A DNA stretch of 64,000 nt from Chthonomonas sp. (GTDB lineage: Bacteria; Armatimonadota; Fimbriimonadia; Fimbriimonadales; Fimbriimonadaceae), in contig JAEURR010000007.1 of assembly GCA_016788115.1 (NCBI GenBank), positions 152,488-216,487 of the forward strand, read 5' to 3'. Below, piece by piece: positions 46,101 to 55,946 of this stretch. The notes under the pieces were generated by a model. The model ran no database searches. It was not told the DNA's origin and saw only the letters and a list, made by a program, of their open reading frames with translations. The translations under genes and the position numbers were made by a program. Position 1 is the first letter of the stretch. Every line of letters begins with the position of its first letter.

Positions 46101-47755
46101 CCGGTCTCGGTCGCTGAGACCTGGAACGTATAGGTCGCGTCGTAGCTCTCGAGATCGTCGCCCCCGTACTCGGAATCTTTCGGATTGAACTTGAGGATCG
46201 CAATGCCTTGAGCGTCGGTCTCGCCACTGACGGTCCCGACGTACTCACCATCCCACGTCCACATATCTTCGTAGTCACCGATCGAGTCAAAGTTCTCAAA
46301 GTCGTCGGACCACTTCGGGCGGCGATACACTTCCCCGGACAGCTTTGCACCGGGCACCGGACCCCCGTAAAAATATCGGCAATCGACCTTCATCTCGACG
46401 CTGTCGCTGACCAAGAAGAATGGGTCCGTCGGTGTCACTGTCATTTTGAATTCGGGCTTGCGATAAGCTGCGACCGCGACGTACTGGGTGAACTCCTGAT
46501 CGGCGTACTTGATGTCAACGTTGTAGCCGCCGACCACCTCCTCCAGCATCTGGAACGAGCCCGCGAACGAACCATGCGCCCCCACTGGCAGCGACTCGGT
46601 TTTCAGGACATTGTTCATGGGGTCGCGCACGGTGACGCTGGCGGTCCCACCCTCTGGCAGTGCGTAGCCGTCTTCGGCGCGCTTGCGCAGCGTCCCCTTA
46701 AACTGGGCGACGTCGCCAGGGCGATAGATCGGTCGATCCGTGCGGAAGTAGAGCCGGTGCGTCGCGTTCGAAGAGTAGTCGTACGCGGAGACAAAGGCGC
46801 TAGACGTGCCCGCGCGCGCGATCACGACTCGCTGGTCGCTCCCTTCTTCGGCTTTGGGCGAAGCGAATTCGACGGTGCCGTCCGCCCCAGTCGTGCCGAC
46901 GGTGCTTAGCCCGGCAGCCGAACCCAGCTGAATCTGCGCGCCGCTGACCGGCGTCCCCAGGTTCAAGTCCGAGACGAACGCCAGCATCTTGCCATTGACG
47001 GCCTTGACCACCGCGCCGATCCGGGTGCTGATCACGTAACCCAGCAATTGGTCAGTCCCGACCTTCATGGACAAAAGGTAGACGCCGTCCGGAAGTGGAT
47101 CCAGCTTCAGATCTTCGTGGAATATCCCTTCGCTATCTCGCTCATCGAGCGGCACGTCAACATCTTTGACCCAAGTCCCGGCTTCCGCGGGCACGGGTTC
47201 GTTGCTCTTGAGCCGGCTCGTGAGCGGCGAAACCATCTGGCGCAAGTCTTCGCCCCGGATCGAGCCATCCAGATTCACGCGATAGATGCCCACCTTCGCC
47301 ATCTTCAACTGAGACCAACCGCGGAGCAGTGCGGTCGGCGATTCCGATGGGGTGAAGACGTGCTGACTGACGTACAGATCGGCCGTGGGGATGATTGGCT
47401 TGACTAAGACATCGGCACGGGCAGTCTGTGCCTCGAAGACCCTTACGCTCTTCCGTTCGGCGGAGACTGCCTGGCCGTAGCATTCGATCGCGTATAGCCC
47501 TTCGGGCACACCCGAGAGGTTGAAATTTCCTTGGGCATCGGTGCGTGCGGAAATCGTGGTAATCGGTACTTCCTCGTAGCCACCGAGGACCTGGGGTACA
47601 AGCCGAATCGTGGCATTGGCAAATCCAGTCTTGGTGTGAGACAGGGTGACCGTCCCGGTCACACGACCGACCGGGAGCTCGCGGCTGACACCCGTGCCTA
47701 CGATGCCCAGCGCAAGCGCGCCAAAAGCGAGTCCGGCGAGTAGATTCTTCTTCAC
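43097..47755 (-). CDS. Bacterial alpha-2-macroglobulin family protein with a thioester site
   Basis: 1552 aa. It has an N-terminal hydrophobic anchor, a carboxypeptidase-regulatory-like domain, multiple MG domains and the YGCVEQT thioester motif. GTG start. Confidence 0.9.
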   Translation of the reverse strand: MKKNLLAGLAFGALALGIVGTGVSRELPVGRVTGTVTLSHTKTGFANATIRLVPQVLGGYEEVPITTISARTDAQGNFNLSGVPEGLYAIECYGQAVSAERKSVRVFEAQTARADVLVKPIIPTADLYVSQHVFTPSESPTALLRGWSQLKMAKVGIYRVNLDGSIRGEDLRQMVSPLTSRLKSNEPVPAEAGTWVKDVDVPLDERDSEGIFHEDLKLDPLPDGVYLLSMKVGTDQLLGYVISTRIGAVVKAVNGKMLAFVSDLNLGTPVSGAQIQLGSAAGLSTVGTTGADGTVEFASPKAEEGSDQRVVIARAGTSSAFVSAYDYSSNATHRLYFRTDRPIYRPGDVAQFKGTLRKRAEDGYALPEGGTASVTVRDPMNNVLKTESLPVGAHGSFAGSFQMLEEVVGGYNVDIKYADQEFTQYVAVAAYRKPEFKMTVTPTDPFFLVSDSVEMKVDCRYFYGGPVPGAKLSGEVYRRPKWSDDFENFDSIGDYEDMWTWDGEYVGTVSGETDAQGIAILKFNPKDSEYGGDDLESYDATYTFQVSATETGDKYFTASGKAEVRRGLLQLRASTDRWLMKPGESVGVEYEVLDQDGKPAPANTPVEVVVGYERWQKRAATFEPTGKVSLKTGVDGTVRTALRADRVGTFSVRASVVDARGNTVRAERYVDVWQDGDQYDAGPDTDLSISLDQKTYLPGATVTALVKTRHAGGSALVTVERDKIYFSKVVPLTSSANGVTFKLPDNLIPNADVLVSYIHHKKLLTASKRVTVLRTPKQLKVLVKADRDKYKPGESATFKITTLDASGAPVAADVSLSVVDEAIYAVREDNSDPARELYPFEWNDVSTSDSLVQLYLDGGDKGGANVDIRTDFRDTAAWNPMVTTGADGTASVTVPLPDNLTAWRATATAITDSTLCGVGRGEAIVKKDLMVRLSPPGYLVAGDEVRFSIMVNNGLGAATNATVELVPGKLQVQGELRKSVTVPADKPVQLTWIATPSEPGDYEVTAIVRGSNGASDAMRLTVPVAAFGRESVTAKSGSVQTGSRVLKFDRASVVTAGNLEIRIAPSLGADLLSGLNGLIDYPYGCVEQTMSRFMPAVVADRAARQLGLPTAEWSERLPRITARSLNRLQTMQHSDGGWGWWESDSSDIGMTALVMEGLWRARAAGVAVPDSMLSSAMKFAQSLPIPARLEPADIGPRCQLAYARALFGQVGKDDAILAKAATEPLHRAYLLLADQMRGRNVTQGIDRLVASSRTAEGIRWWGAPSDGWGTSELETTTRILQLLTMAPDRRTEAEETLRYILAARQGSQWESTRATAQILVGLVQYLTTTRELQGGAVATVLLNGESVLGHTFGSGVESAQVVTIPVDKLKSGENKLEIVQSGDGVLYYSAELRQFARTKTLDAITGAEGFSVSRIFRSLHSERMASGQWAVVPSRDPVTSFKSGDTLQCNVKLQVPKGGLPYVMIRIPVPANFKAIEDPMLDEWSWWYSSMEVHDDHVVYFATRLYEGVQEFSFNLRAEAPGTATALPVDASPMYLPQIRASSQAVRIEVSE
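44492..44503 (-). other. Thioester motif codons (C-V-E-Q) of the A2M protein
   Basis: The minus strand reads ATCGACTATCCTTACGGATGCGTCGAGCAGACTATG, which translates as IDYPYGCVEQTM. Confidence 0.8.
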
Positions 47756-49080
47756 GCTGCCTCCGCCGGGACTGGCTTCGAGCGCTGCATGCCCGCGACT
47801 GCCAAGAGAGCCGCCGCGACGAGGGCCATCATTCCAAGGATCCGCAAGCGCTCATCGCGTGGAAGGTCCATCCACTCTAGCAAGCGTGGATAGAGCATCA
47901 CGAGGCCACCCGCCAGCATCGCCGAAAGTGCTAGCGCGGAGAGTCTCGCACCTTCACGAATCGCGATGAAGACGGGGCCAACGAGGAGCCCGTAGAGCAG
48001 TCCGAGCGTCCCTCGCTGGCCGAGGTAGACACTCGCGGTGGGAGCAAGCATCACCAGGCCAGCCCCACCGAGCATGAGCGAGATTCGGTTGACTCGTCCC
48101 GCCGAGAGTTCGCTCGCCGCGCCGATGATCAGCGCCCCTACAAGCAACCCGATCAGCGCGTAGTGTTGACCAATATCGAACGCCATCGTCGTGTCCGGGA
48201 GTGCGACCCGGACAACGCGCGCGAAGGCAATGGCCGCGAGCGGCGCGGCGCTAAGGAGCAACCGCGACGAGCCGGATAGGGTCACAGCGGCAACCGCAAC
48301 GACTGCGATGGACGTGAGACCAAAGCCGCGCAACTGAGAGAACCCGAGCGTGGCAAGCGAAATCCAGACCACCGCGGGCACGGCGGTGTTGATCGGCCTG
48401 GCTTCGCCGCTGCGCAAAAACCATGCGCCGAAGAATGCGACGGCGACGGCCAAAACCCAAGACGTCGCAAGCCCAGGTTCCTGAGCCACCCGGACAGACA
48501 CGATGCCCACCGTTGCGACCATGAAGATCATTGCAATCCAGTCGTTGAACTTTGTCTTGAGCATCGACGTGACCAGCGCAGAGACCGAGGCGCACCCCAG
48601 TACAATTGCGGGCACGCGGCTCAGAGTGTCGATCTCACTCATCGAACCCAGCGACGCGCCTGCGACGCCCAAGAGCGCAATGAAGGGCGCAGCAGCGACG
48701 GGCTCTGTGCCAGATTGACCGATCCAAGCTCTACTGATCAACATGATCAGCCCCATGGCGACAGGGGTCGAGAGATACGTGGTCCAAGCCGGATCCGCAG
48801 GCGCCACCTGCGGCATAGCGCACGCCGCCGTCGCCAGCGCGAGCGCAATCGCACGATGTTGCCAGCCCGATTCGCCGACCGCCAATGCGACCCCTAAAGC
48901 CCCGAGCAACCCGCCGAGCGCGAGACGCAGCTCAAGACTTGCAGGCATCATCCCCACGATCGCTGCGAGGATGGCGAGGCCAAGCGCAGCGAGCATTCGC
49001 GTTCGATGCGACCCATCCACTCCGGAGTACCCCGCGACAAGCGCGACGACCAAAGACCCAAGAAACAGTCCAATCACCAT
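47752..49080 (-). CDS. Polytopic membrane protein of unknown function (Ala/Gly/Leu-rich, about 12+ TM)
   Basis: 442-aa hydrophobic ORF. Its TGA overlaps the GTG of the A2M gene (GTGA). No motif recognised. Confidence 0.62.
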   Translation of the reverse strand: MVIGLFLGSLVVALVAGYSGVDGSHRTRMLAALGLAILAAIVGMMPASLELRLALGGLLGALGVALAVGESGWQHRAIALALATAACAMPQVAPADPAWTTYLSTPVAMGLIMLISRAWIGQSGTEPVAAAPFIALLGVAGASLGSMSEIDTLSRVPAIVLGCASVSALVTSMLKTKFNDWIAMIFMVATVGIVSVRVAQEPGLATSWVLAVAVAFFGAWFLRSGEARPINTAVPAVVWISLATLGFSQLRGFGLTSIAVVAVAAVTLSGSSRLLLSAAPLAAIAFARVVRVALPDTTMAFDIGQHYALIGLLVGALIIGAASELSAGRVNRISLMLGGAGLVMLAPTASVYLGQRGTLGLLYGLLVGPVFIAIREGARLSALALSAMLAGGLVMLYPRLLEWMDLPRDERLRILGMMALVAAALLAVAGMQRSKPVPAEAA

Positions 49081-49312
49081 AAGTTCGTTTTGAAATCCCT
49101 ATTGATAGTAACTCTCGACACCTGGAAAAGGATTGGGGAATTTTCGGGTTCGGGCGAACTCAGCTACTTCGGTCGAAACCTGAAGCGCAACTTCAGAGAA
49201 TTGAGTACAGAACGCTCACAGAACCGCCGACAAAAATACCAGCAGTCATTTGAGACATTCTTGCAGTGAGAAATAGCTTCAAGCATCGTCTATGCTGATT
49301 GATGGAGGTGGT

Positions 49313-50050
49313 ATGAAAACCAATTTGAGTTTGCTCTTACACGCCGGCGGCGCCGGATTGCTGCTTGCGGGCCTATGCGGTGCCGCAATGGCATCCGACG
49401 AGGCATCGCCGATTGACGTCACTGTCGGGGTCAGTGTCCTCGGCAAGACGGAGTCCAATGCCTACGGCACATTGAAGCTATCGCGCTCAGTCGGAAACGG
49501 CATGGCGGTGGACCTGATGGGAACCATGGGTTCGCGAAAGCGATTTGCCGGAACCGGCTTTGCCATCCGCCACGGCGGATCGGACATCGAGCTGCGGCTC
49601 CGACGCGAGACCGACGGAAACGCGAGCGGGTCACTTGGACTCGCAATCGCCAGCACTCCCGCTGGACGCAGTGCGCCTTTTCTTACGCTGAGCGGCGAGA
49701 CCCGTATGGCAGGCAACGACAAGACCTCAGTCTCGCTCGTGCTCCGAGCGGCGACGCGCGTCAGTTCGTCGCTGTACGGCACCGGCTTTCGCGCGGACAC
49801 CAAGCTGAACAACATGGATGCCTACTTCGAGGGGCTGTGGGTCAGCGGCAGCGAAAACACGTATTCGATCAACACCGGCAAGCGCGAGCAGCGTGCTGTT
49901 TACCGGCTCGGAGTTCGCCCACAGTTGGGTGGCAAGCTCAAGTTCGAACTGGGTGTGACTAACCAGCTTGGACGCACGACGGGCATGTCGCTCACCCCGG
50001 GACTTGGTAAAGGGCTGGGAGGCTACGTCGAGCTGACGACGAGGTTCTAA
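49313..50050 (+). CDS. Secreted protein, possibly an outer-membrane beta-barrel
   Basis: Signal peptide MKTNLSLLLHAGGAGLLLAGLCGAAMA. Alternating-polarity strands and a C-terminal YVELTTRF, with terminal Phe as in OMP beta-signals. Confidence 0.5.
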   Translation: MKTNLSLLLHAGGAGLLLAGLCGAAMASDEASPIDVTVGVSVLGKTESNAYGTLKLSRSVGNGMAVDLMGTMGSRKRFAGTGFAIRHGGSDIELRLRRETDGNASGSLGLAIASTPAGRSAPFLTLSGETRMAGNDKTSVSLVLRAATRVSSSLYGTGFRADTKLNNMDAYFEGLWVSGSENTYSINTGKREQRAVYRLGVRPQLGGKLKFELGVTNQLGRTTGMSLTPGLGKGLGGYVELTTRF

Positions 50051-50051
50051 C

Positions 50052-51440
50052 ATGAAGAAGTCTAAACTTTTCCTAGTTCTACTGAGCTTTGTGCTCACTC
50101 TTGCTGCCGTCATTGGTTGCGGCGGCGGCGCGGCCTATGCTCCGAAGGTCGATATTGCCGTCGGAAAGACATTCTCAATCGGCGGTGGCGGCACTCAGAC
50201 GGTTCTCGCAGGAGCGAACGGCGTGTTCGCTTTCACGGCCACATCGCTGCTCACGGCCGAAGCCCGCAGTTCCGATCTCATCACTTGGTCGGTCGTCGAG
50301 GGCCTGCCCGCAGGTGCGACATACTCGTTCTCGCCCAATCCATCCGCGTTTGGTGAACAGACCAATCTGACCATTTTCACGACGCCGGAGACACCCGCGG
50401 GCTCTTATCCGTTCAGGGTACGCGCAACACTTGGAGACCTAGTGGTCGAGATCAGTGCGCTCCTGAACGTCAACACCCCGCCACCGGCTAAGAGCTTCAT
50501 GCTGACGGGTAGTGCTCCCGAAACCGTCAACCAGGGAGATGACGCGAACTTTACGATTATCCCCGTTGAGACTACTGACCAGACAGCCCGCTCAAACGAC
50601 CCGGTTGAACTGACCGTCACTTCGGGCCTGCCGACGGGTACCACCGCCGCGTTCAGCTTCACTTCGGTGAATGTCGGCTCAGCCTCGACGCTGGCTGTAA
50701 GCGTTGGATTCAACACGGTACCTGGGACTTACCCGATCACCGTCACGGGAACCCAAGGAACCACGGTTCGGACAACTACGGTGTCTCTGACGGTCCTGCC
50801 GGTCTATGGACTATCAGGTAGCACAAGTCAGACGATCTTGCCTGGCGACTCGGCTTCGTTTACCGTCACAGCAAGCGGCCCTCTGAATCGCAGCAGTACG
50901 GCGGTGACATTGACGAGCTCCAGTAACTTGCCGAATGGCTCGACGATCACACTCACTCCCAATGATATCGCAGTTGGATCGAGCAGCACGGTGCTGGTAA
51001 ATACGCCCAATGGCATCGCACCTGGGACGTACACGATCACGGTCTCGGGCGACTTCGCCGGGGTCCAGAGATCGACTGATCTGACTCTCATCGTGGCAGC
51101 CCCGCCCGATTTTACGATGATCAACGAAGGACCGTACTTCGTAACGATCAACGAATCGGTTGACACGAACGTGTTCACCTTCATGAACGGTAGCACGTCA
51201 CCGGCGCCATTTTCGCGCGCCGCAGATGATGTAACGCTCAGCGTCACGGGTGGACTTGGCACTGGCATGACGACCTCATTCAGTGCAAATCCAATCCAGA
51301 TCGGCGGACAGTCAACGCTGACAGTCAACACGACCTTCGCGACTGCACCTGGTGACTACCAGATCGTGGTCACGGGCACGTCGCCCTACTACACGCACAC
51401 CACGACGATTACCGTCACCGTCGTTGAGCCATCCGGCTAG
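50052..51440 (+). CDS. Lipoprotein with tandem Ig-like repeats
   Basis: Reads MKKSKLFLVLLSFVLTLAAVIGCGGG, with a lipobox. At least four repeats end in PAGSYPFRVRAT, VPGTYPITVTGT, APGTYTITVSGD and APGDYQIVVTGT. It starts 1 nt after the upstream stop. Confidence 0.7.
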   Translation: MKKSKLFLVLLSFVLTLAAVIGCGGGAAYAPKVDIAVGKTFSIGGGGTQTVLAGANGVFAFTATSLLTAEARSSDLITWSVVEGLPAGATYSFSPNPSAFGEQTNLTIFTTPETPAGSYPFRVRATLGDLVVEISALLNVNTPPPAKSFMLTGSAPETVNQGDDANFTIIPVETTDQTARSNDPVELTVTSGLPTGTTAAFSFTSVNVGSASTLAVSVGFNTVPGTYPITVTGTQGTTVRTTTVSLTVLPVYGLSGSTSQTILPGDSASFTVTASGPLNRSSTAVTLTSSSNLPNGSTITLTPNDIAVGSSSTVLVNTPNGIAPGTYTITVSGDFAGVQRSTDLTLIVAAPPDFTMINEGPYFVTINESVDTNVFTFMNGSTSPAPFSRAADDVTLSVTGGLGTGMTTSFSANPIQIGGQSTLTVNTTFATAPGDYQIVVTGTSPYYTHTTTITVTVVEPSG

Positions 51441-51464
51441 CCTATCCGGTTAGTTGGAACTCGG

Positions 51465-51498
51465 GCCCGAACCGCCGCAAGGAGGTTCGGGCTCTTTT
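51465..51498 (+). terminator. Rho-independent terminator
   Basis: GCCCGAACC-N10-GGTTCGGGC, followed by TCTTTT. Confidence 0.6.
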
Positions 51499-51510
51499 CC
51501 GCCCGGCACA

Positions 51511-51553
51511 AGACAAACAAAGGCTGGGGGTCGGAATGACTTCCGACCCCCAG
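51511..51553 (-). terminator. Rho-independent terminator after groEL
   Basis: CTGGGGGTCGGAA-TGAC-TTCCGACCCCCAG. On the minus strand it is followed by CCTTTGTTTGTCT. Confidence 0.62.
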
Positions 51554-51578
51554 TTCGCTTTCGTTTGGACGGAGTTCC

Positions 51579-53271
<1,693 letters not shown>

Positions 53272-53273
53272 TT

Positions 53274-53300
53274 TTGGCACTCGGAGGCATCGAGTGTCAA
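53274..53300. promoter_or_regulatory. CIRCE (HrcA operator) upstream of groEL
   Basis: TTGGCACTC-N9-GAGTGTCAA, compared with the consensus TTAGCACTC-N9-GAGTGCTAA. It lies 67-93 nt upstream of the groEL ATG. Confidence 0.7.
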
Positions 53301-53388
53301 CACTGAGAGGACGCTTCGAGTTCGTTCTACAGAATTCAGCAGCGACAGAAAGAAGAAAGCCCCGAGGCGATCGCCTCGGGGCTTTGTA

Positions 53389-55866
53389 TTACTCTTGTGT
53401 GGACTCGTCTCCCTCTTCTGCGAGGTCAAGTTCTCCCTCATCGGCCTCTTGGACCACCCGCGCAATGCTGCGAACTTGGTCACCCGAGCCAAGGTTGATG
53501 AGTTTAACTCCCTGTGAGACGCGTCCCACGGTCCGGATATCCGACACCTTCATGCGAATGGCTTTGCCCTGGACCGTCATGACCAGGAGCTTGTCGTCCG
53601 GCTCGACGACCTCAGCACCGACGATGGCACCGGTCTTTTCGGTGACGTTCATGGTGAGGATTCCCGAGCCACCGCGACCCTGGATGCGATAGTCGCTCAG
53701 CGGGGTGCGCTTGCCGAAGCCATTCTCGCCGACTACGAGCAGTGTCGCATCGTCTCGGACAATGTCCGCCGAGATGATGATGTCTTCACCCTTGAGCGTC
53801 ATCGCCTTGACGCCACCCGCGGCGCGCGAACGATCGCGAACGCCCTTCTCGGCGAATCGGATCGATTGGCCCAGGTGCGTGACGATGATGATGTCGTTGG
53901 TGCCGTTCGATTTGAGCACCCATCCGAGTTCGTCGCCCTCTTCGATATCAAAAGCGATGAGGCCATTGGAGCGGATGTTGGCAAAGTTCGCCATCTCCGT
54001 TCGCTTGATCTCGCCGTGGCGGGTGATCATCGTCAAGAACCCTTCGCTCTTGATGTCGCGCACCGAGACGGTGGCGGTGACCCGCTCCTCGCTCTCGATC
54101 GCGATGAAGTTGATGACCGGCATGCCCTTGGCGTACCGTCCGGTCTCGGGGATGTCGTAAGCGCGGAGCTTGTACACCCGACCGCGATCCGTGAAGAACA
54201 GGATGAAGTTGTGCGTGTTGACCTGGAAAAGGTGGGCAGGCTCGTCATCCATCTTCATGGTGTTGCTCACACCCTTGCCGCCGCGCTTCTGCTGGCGATA
54301 CGCATCGATGGACACGCGCTTGATGTAGCCATCTCGCGAGATGCTGATGATCGCCTCCTCTTCGGGTATCAGGTCTTCGTCGCTGAACTCTCCAGCCTCG
54401 CGACCGATGATCTTCGTGCGGCGCTCGTCGCCGTGCTTGTCGCGCATCGCGACGATCTCGTCGGTCAAGACCGTGGTCAAGCGATTTGGATCGGCCAGGA
54501 TGTCGAGCAGATTCTGTACCTTTAGAAGCGAGGTCTTGTAGTCTTCTTCGAGCCGCGTTTGGTCCAGCTGGGTCAACCGGCGAAGCGGCATGTTCAGCAC
54601 CGCCTGCGCCTGCAGCGGGGACATGCTGAATTGTCGCACCAACTCCACGCGCGCCGTGTTCTCATCAGCGGATGCGCGGATCAAGCGGATGATGGCGTCC
54701 AGGTTCAGCCGGGCGATCTGGAAGCCTTCGTTCAGATGAACGTCTTCCATCGCGCGGTAGAGTTCGAACCGCGTGCGGAGATCGATGATCTTGCGGCGGT
54801 GCTTGATGTACTCGTCGAGGATGCTGAGGAGTGGGGCCGTGCGCGGAGCGCCGTCCACCAGCGAAAGCATGATCGCGCCAAACGTGGTGCGGAGCGACGT
54901 GTGCTTGAGGAGATAGTTCAGCGCCTTGTTCGGGTTGACGTCGCGGCGGATTTCGACTTCGATCCGCATTCCACGCTTGTCCGAGTAGTCGTCCACGCGC
55001 AGTAGGCCGTCGAACTTGCGATCCTTGATCAGTGCGGCGATCGCTCGCACCAAGTTCTCTTTCTGAACTTGGTAAGGAATCTCAGTGATCACGATGAGCG
55101 ACTTGCCTGCTTCGCCAGGCTCGATCATCGTCTTGGCCTGCATGATGATGCTGCCGCGACCCGTTTCGTAAGCACTGCGGATCCCCTTGGTGCCCATGAT
55201 GATGCCGTAGGTCGGGAAGTCTGGCCCTGGGAGGTGGGTCATCACCTCGTCAAGCGTGCACTCCCCGTTCTCGATGCGGCACAAGATGGCATTGCAAACC
55301 TCGGTCAGGTTGTGGGGGGGCAAGCTGGTGGCCATGCCGACGGCGATGCCTTGGCCGCCGTTGCAAAGCAGGTTCGGGAACTTGCCAGGAAGCACGACCG
55401 GCTCCAGCAGCTCCTGCGAGTAGTTCGGAATCCAGTCAACCGTCTCGCGATCAAGGTCTTCCAAAAGCTCCATGGCGATGGAGGACAGTCGGCACTCGGT
55501 GTATCGCATGGCGGCAGGGCCGTCACCATCGATATTGCCGAAGTTCCCTTGGCCGTCGATCAGCGGGTAGCGCAAAGTCCAGGACTGAGCCATGCGGACA
55601 AGCGTGGGGTAGATGATCGCTTCGCCGTGCGGGTGGAAATCACCCGAGGTAGAGCCGCAGACCTTGGCGCACTTTTGGTAGTTCTGGCCGGGCTGCAGGT
55701 TCAGCTGACGCATCGCGTACAGGATGCGGCGCTGCACCGGTTTGAACCCATCTCTTACGTCGGGAAGTGCGCGCGCGATGATGACTGACATCGCGTAGTT
55801 GACATAGCTACGCGCCAGCTCATCCTGAACGTCAATGATTGTAAGATTTGTATCTTCTCCCGCCAC
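53389..55866 (-). CDS. gyrA: DNA gyrase subunit A
   Basis: Carries ARALPDVRDGFKPVQRRILY, HPHGEAIIYPTLVRMAQ and AAMRYTE (active-site Tyr region), plus C-terminal beta-pinwheel repeats. GTG start. Confidence 0.96.
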   Translation of the reverse strand: MAGEDTNLTIIDVQDELARSYVNYAMSVIIARALPDVRDGFKPVQRRILYAMRQLNLQPGQNYQKCAKVCGSTSGDFHPHGEAIIYPTLVRMAQSWTLRYPLIDGQGNFGNIDGDGPAAMRYTECRLSSIAMELLEDLDRETVDWIPNYSQELLEPVVLPGKFPNLLCNGGQGIAVGMATSLPPHNLTEVCNAILCRIENGECTLDEVMTHLPGPDFPTYGIIMGTKGIRSAYETGRGSIIMQAKTMIEPGEAGKSLIVITEIPYQVQKENLVRAIAALIKDRKFDGLLRVDDYSDKRGMRIEVEIRRDVNPNKALNYLLKHTSLRTTFGAIMLSLVDGAPRTAPLLSILDEYIKHRRKIIDLRTRFELYRAMEDVHLNEGFQIARLNLDAIIRLIRASADENTARVELVRQFSMSPLQAQAVLNMPLRRLTQLDQTRLEEDYKTSLLKVQNLLDILADPNRLTTVLTDEIVAMRDKHGDERRTKIIGREAGEFSDEDLIPEEEAIISISRDGYIKRVSIDAYRQQKRGGKGVSNTMKMDDEPAHLFQVNTHNFILFFTDRGRVYKLRAYDIPETGRYAKGMPVINFIAIESEERVTATVSVRDIKSEGFLTMITRHGEIKRTEMANFANIRSNGLIAFDIEEGDELGWVLKSNGTNDIIIVTHLGQSIRFAEKGVRDRSRAAGGVKAMTLKGEDIIISADIVRDDATLLVVGENGFGKRTPLSDYRIQGRGGSGILTMNVTEKTGAIVGAEVVEPDDKLLVMTVQGKAIRMKVSDIRTVGRVSQGVKLINLGSGDQVRSIARVVQEADEGELDLAEEGDESTQE

Positions 55867-55946
55867 CGTTTGCTACCTGCTCCGGGCGCAGTATGCGCCT
55901 CGATTGAACCTAGAGCATACCCCAAAAGGTGCCAGGACCGGGCCGA

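Noticed and set aside
55885-55899. Hairpin GGCGCA-GTA-TGCGCC between der and gyrA, considered as a terminator.
   Set aside because: Short stem with no T-tract on the relevant strand. It could equally be part of the gyrA leader.
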